Source of the DNA: Tagaea sp.
GTDB taxonomy: Bacteria > Pseudomonadota > Alphaproteobacteria > CACIAM-22H2
Assembly (NCBI GenBank): GCA_965228135.1
Contig: OZ245798.1
Span: forward strand, 139,496-203,495
Direction: 5' to 3'
DNA: 64,000 nt
Below are positions 60,301-64,000 of the stretch, in pieces (the stretch's first letter is position 1; each line of letters begins with the position of its first letter). The position numbers were made by a program, and so were the translations under genes. Under the pieces are notes generated by a model, which was not told the origin of the DNA, made no database searches, and saw only the letters and a program-made list of their open reading frames with translations.

Positions 60301-61250
60301 GCGTAGGCTTTCATCCGCGCGGAGAGTTCGTCGAGCACGGGTGTGGCGACGCCCGTCAAGCGGCCGAGTTCGCGCGGCGCTTCGATCATCGGGCCGATCT
60401 CCAGCGATCTTCCGGCTTCGAAATCCTGCAGCATCGAGGATTTGAAATCGCCCAGACGACGCATGGCTTCCATCCGCGCCTCGGCGTCGATCTCGACCGC
60501 GCAGCCGGCGGCTTTCGACAGCGCCATGATCTCGCGCATCACCGCCGCACACATCGCGCGCCACTGCGGATCGTCCAGAATCGCCACCACGCCCGCGCGC
60601 GCCAGCACCGAAATCGGATTGAAGCTGGAATTGCCCAGCAGCTTCGTCCACATCGCGTGGCGGATGTCCGACGCGATCTCGACATTGAGACCGGCGGCGC
60701 GTAGCGGGATCGCCGCGCGTGCGGCGTTGCCTGCATCGGCGGCGACGTCGCCGATCACCAGCCGCTCGCCGGTCGGCCAGGCGAGATGGCCGGGGGCGGG
60801 GCGCGACACGGCCATATAGACGACCGTGCCGACGATGCGCGACGGATCGAAACGCGTCGACAAAACGCCCGTGGGATCGACCGTGTCGAGACGCGTGTCG
60901 GCATGCGCGCCGCCCAAGCGTTGGAAATACCACCACGGCAGACCGTTGATCGCGGGCAGCAGCAGCGTATCCGGGCCCATCAACGGCGCGAAGAGTTCGA
61001 CCGCACCCGGCCAGTCATGGGCCTTCAGCGCGCCGATCACCATGTCTTGAACGCCCGCTTGCGCGGGATCGGCGACGACGCGCGGGGCGGATTTCTCGAT
61101 CCTTCCCGCGCGCGTCACCGTGAAACCGTCGCGTTCCAGTGCGGCCTTGGTGGCGCCGCGCGCGACGACGACGGGATCGTGCCCCGTCAGCGCCAGCGCA
61201 TGCGCGATCGCGCCGCCGATGGAACCGGCCCCGACGATCGCGATGCGCAT
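60297..61250 (-). CDS. Ketopantoate reductase (PanE/ApbA) family
   Basis: GAGSIG, NGLPWWYF, WTKL and SMLQD...E motifs. Confidence 0.88.
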   Translation of the reverse strand: MRIAIVGAGSIGGAIAHALALTGHDPVVVARGATKAALERDGFTVTRAGRIEKSAPRVVADPAQAGVQDMVIGALKAHDWPGAVELFAPLMGPDTLLLPAINGLPWWYFQRLGGAHADTRLDTVDPTGVLSTRFDPSRIVGTVVYMAVSRPAPGHLAWPTGERLVIGDVAADAGNAARAAIPLRAAGLNVEIASDIRHAMWTKLLGNSSFNPISVLARAGVVAILDDPQWRAMCAAVMREIMALSKAAGCAVEIDAEARMEAMRRLGDFKSSMLQDFEAGRSLEIGPMIEAPRELGRLTGVATPVLDELSARMKAYA

Positions 61251-61262
61251 GCTTGCTCCGCT

Positions 61263-62345
61263 TTACTTGGCGCTGGTGATCATCCGCGACCAGCGCTGCG
61301 TCGCGTCGTCGAGATTGAACTTGGTGAAATCGACGGACACCATGTTGGCGACGTCGGCCTCGGAGAGCAAGAACATCTCCTTCAGCAGCGGATCGTTGAC
61401 CAGCGCGTCGCGCGCGCGGTTGTTGATCGGCACCACGCCGCGTTCGGTCGCCAGACCGAATTGCGTGTCGTAGGAGATGTATTCGTTGATGAAGAATTCG
61501 GCCGCGCGCGCGACCGGCGTGCCCTTGACGACGCCCAGCCAGCCTTCCTTCGACAGGCCGCGCTTGGTCGGCCCGATCTTGGGATGGGTGAACTTGACCG
61601 GCAGGCCCGCACGGCGCATCTGCACGGCGAAGCCCGCGTGCATGGTCGAGGCCATGATGTCGCCCGAGTTCATCAGCGTGACCGCTTGCGCGCCCACGCG
61701 CCAGAACTGGAACGGGTTCGCCTTGCGCACGAATTCGAGGCCGGCGTCGATTTTCTCCTGCGAGCCGCCTTCGTCGATCGCGGCACCGACCAGCAATTGC
61801 GAGATGCCGGCTTGCGAGATGTCGATGATCGCGATCTTGCGCTGCAACGCGGGGTGCAGCAGGTCGCGATAGCGCTCGGGGCCCGGCACGCCGGCGGCGG
61901 CGAAACGCTCCGGATGCCAGACGATGCCTTCCTGCGTCGCCCAGCTCGCGACCTTCCATTCGTCGGCCAGCGTGGGCAGCAATTCCTTGCGGTTCGGAAT
62001 GTTGTCGAGATTGATCTTCTGGATGAATCCCGCCTCGTAGGTGTCGACCCAGGTCAGGTCGGCCATCTCGACCACGTCGAACGGGGCCGCTTGGCCGCGC
62101 GCGGCGATCAGCTTGGCGAGATTGTCGCGCGGCGGGGCGGTGACGTATTCGACCTTGGCGCCGAGCGCTTCGAGCTTCACGCCCGCGTATTTGTGCACGG
62201 CGCGGTCCCAGCCGCCGCCGAACGTGGCGACGCGCAATGTCTGGCCCGCGAAGTTCGGGGTTTGCGCGCGGATCGCCGGGGCGGCGAGAATGGCCGAAGC
62301 GGCGGTTGCACCAGCAAGAAACGAACGTCTGCCGAGTTTGCGCAT
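61263..62345 (-). CDS. Polyamine/opine-type ABC substrate-binding protein, Tat signal
   Basis: GRRSFL...APAIRAQ, ATFGGGW and IPN motifs. Confidence 0.85.
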   Translation of the reverse strand: MRKLGRRSFLAGATAASAILAAPAIRAQTPNFAGQTLRVATFGGGWDRAVHKYAGVKLEALGAKVEYVTAPPRDNLAKLIAARGQAAPFDVVEMADLTWVDTYEAGFIQKINLDNIPNRKELLPTLADEWKVASWATQEGIVWHPERFAAAGVPGPERYRDLLHPALQRKIAIIDISQAGISQLLVGAAIDEGGSQEKIDAGLEFVRKANPFQFWRVGAQAVTLMNSGDIMASTMHAGFAVQMRRAGLPVKFTHPKIGPTKRGLSKEGWLGVVKGTPVARAAEFFINEYISYDTQFGLATERGVVPINNRARDALVNDPLLKEMFLLSEADVANMVSVDFTKFNLDDATQRWSRMITSAK

Positions 62346-62379
62346 GGAAACCTCCTGGAGGGGAAAACGGGGGATTGGG

Positions 62380-63219
62380 TCAGCCGCCGCCCGAGCGCGT
62401 GAGCTGATCGAGACCGATGGCGCGTTGCAGGAAATAGATCGCCGCGAACGAGCCGACGATGATGTAGGTCGAGATCGCGAGCAGCGACGGATCGAAGTCG
62501 TATTCCATCAGATTGAAGATCTTCGCCGCGAAAGGCTGCATGCCCGGCCCGCCGAGGAACAGCGAGACCGGCACGTCGCCGAACGAGACGAGGAACGCGT
62601 ACATTGCCCCGGCATAGACGCCGGGCATGATCAGCGGCAGCGTCACGCGCCGGAAAGTGCGCAGGCGCGACGCACCCAGGCTCAACGCCGCCTCTTCGTA
62701 GCGCAGGTTGAAGCGCTGCAACACCGCGACGACCGAGCCGATCACATAAGGTGTGGCCAGGAACAAATGCGCGATCAGCAAGCCTGGCAGCGTGCCGACC
62801 AGGCGCAGACCGAACACGTCGCCGACCAAGTAGTAGAGTTTCAGGAACGACACCCCGATCACGACGGCCGGAATCTGCAAGGGGGCCCGGAACAGCGCCG
62901 CGACGATCGCCTTGCCGCGGAACTCGGCGCGCACGAGGCCCAACGCCGCCGGCACGCCGAGCACGCAGGCGAGGAACGCGGTCGTGAGACCCAAACCGAT
63001 CGCCAACGCGAGCGACTGGAACAGATCGGGCGCGATCTGGAAATACCAGCGCGTCGAAAATTCCTGCGGCGGGAAATTGAGGAAGGTGCGGTTGCCGCCG
63101 TCGAACGACGCGCCGACGACGACGACCAAGGGGGCGAACAGGAACACGAACGCCGCGGCGATCCAGGTGACGGAAGCCACGCCGCGCGCGCGGGCGAGGG
63201 CGCGATAGCGGTTCATCAT
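62380..63219 (-). CDS. ABC permease (PotC-like)
   Basis: EEAALSLGA and SFGDV motifs. Confidence 0.88.
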   Translation of the reverse strand: MMNRYRALARARGVASVTWIAAAFVFLFAPLVVVVGASFDGGNRTFLNFPPQEFSTRWYFQIAPDLFQSLALAIGLGLTTAFLACVLGVPAALGLVRAEFRGKAIVAALFRAPLQIPAVVIGVSFLKLYYLVGDVFGLRLVGTLPGLLIAHLFLATPYVIGSVVAVLQRFNLRYEEAALSLGASRLRTFRRVTLPLIMPGVYAGAMYAFLVSFGDVPVSLFLGGPGMQPFAAKIFNLMEYDFDPSLLAISTYIIVGSFAAIYFLQRAIGLDQLTRSGGG

Positions 63220-64000
63220 GCCACCGCACTCCGGCGCTTATCGAGTTTGGCCATCGCCAAAACGGAGAGCCCGTTGATGGCGAGTGTGGCGAGCATCAGG
63301 ATGGCGGAGATCGTCGCCCCCATGCCGTAGCGCGTCTGGTTGATCACCGTCTGCTGGATCAGGACGGGCAAGGTGAACACCTTGCCGCCGCCGATCAGGG
63401 CCGCCGAGGTAAAGGCGCCCATGCACAGATTGAAAACGATCAGCCCCGTGACGACGAGGCCGGGCAAGCTGAGCGGCAAGATCACGCGCGCGAAGACGCG
63501 CCAGCGCGGCGCGCCGTGGATCTCGGCCGCTTCCTCCAGCGAGCGCGGGATCGTTTGCACCACGCTGTAGAGCAACAGGATCGAGAACCCCATCGTGAAA
63601 TGCATCAACCCGACGACCACGCCGCCGGGATTGCCGACGATGGCGATGGGTTCCGAGACGATGCCGCTCCACATCAGGAAGCGATTGAGGAACCCGCCGC
63701 TGGAAAAGATGATGATGAGGCCGAGGACCTTGATCACGATGGTGATGAAGGACGCGGCGATGATCCCGGCGAGCAACACCAGCGTCCAGCGAGATTTAAG
63801 TCGCGCGAGGACGTAGGCGATCGGGAAGCCGACGAGCAGCGTCAGCAACGCGACGGTCAACGACAGGCGCACCGTCAGCATCAGGGAGTCGAGATAAAGC
63901 GGGTCGGTGAAGAAGCGCTCGTAATTCGCGAGCGTGAAGTCGGTACCCATCCGGCCCAAGCGCAGATCGCGGAAGAAGCCGCCGCGCAGGAATGCGATTT
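63216..64000 (-). CDS. ABC permease (PotB-like), 5' end outside the window
   Basis: FTLANY and LEEAAEIHGA motifs; frame open to the window edge. Confidence 0.85.
   Translation of the reverse strand, partial: IAFLRGGFFRDLRLGRMGTDFTLANYERFFTDPLYLDSLMLTVRLSLTVALLTLLVGFPIAYVLARLKSRWTLVLLAGIIAASFITIVIKVLGLIIIFSSGGFLNRFLMWSGIVSEPIAIVGNPGGVVVGLMHFTMGFSILLLYSVVQTIPRSLEEAAEIHGAPRWRVFARVILPLSLPGLVVTGLIVFNLCMGAFTSAALIGGGKVFTLPVLIQQTVINQTRYGMGATISAILMLATLAINGLSVLAMAKLDKRRSAVA

Noticed and set aside
1-64000. Transposases, integrases or prophage genes, including at selC
   Set aside because: None recognised; no integrase or duplicated tRNA 3' end was seen near selC.

Overview
High-GC alphaproteobacterial chromosomal segment with no mobile elements or CRISPR arrays seen. 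In order: an RbbA-type ABC exporter; a candidate sRNA; a LacI/GntR-controlled sugar-acid catabolic locus (SDR, split transketolase, enolase-family dehydratase, amino-acid-type ABC parts); DoxX-MFS; LysR-Bug-tartrate dehydrogenase; an RND pair; methylsuccinyl-CoA dehydrogenase. The centre is a ~14 kb selenium/formate operon: Sec-containing fdnG (UGA at 25885, SECIS-like hairpin), fdnH, fdnI, fdhE, selA, a Sel1-repeat gene, selB with tRNA-Sec (selC) nested inside its 3' coding region, two hypotheticals, a lipoate-ligase-family gene, DsrE, a GcvH/LbpA-like carrier and an FAD-domain-SelD fusion. After it come a sugar ABC/FAD-oxidoreductase locus, NAD-dependent fdsGBACD, D-tartrate dehydratase, a deaminase, an orphan fliG with DUF2336, TetR, a PanE-like reductase and a polyamine-type ABC transporter. 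The best candidate for an undescribed system is the lipoyl-carrier/DsrE module translationally coupled between selB/selC and selD, which may be a selenium or sulfur relay. All calls come from reading the sequence and recalling motifs; no searches were run.
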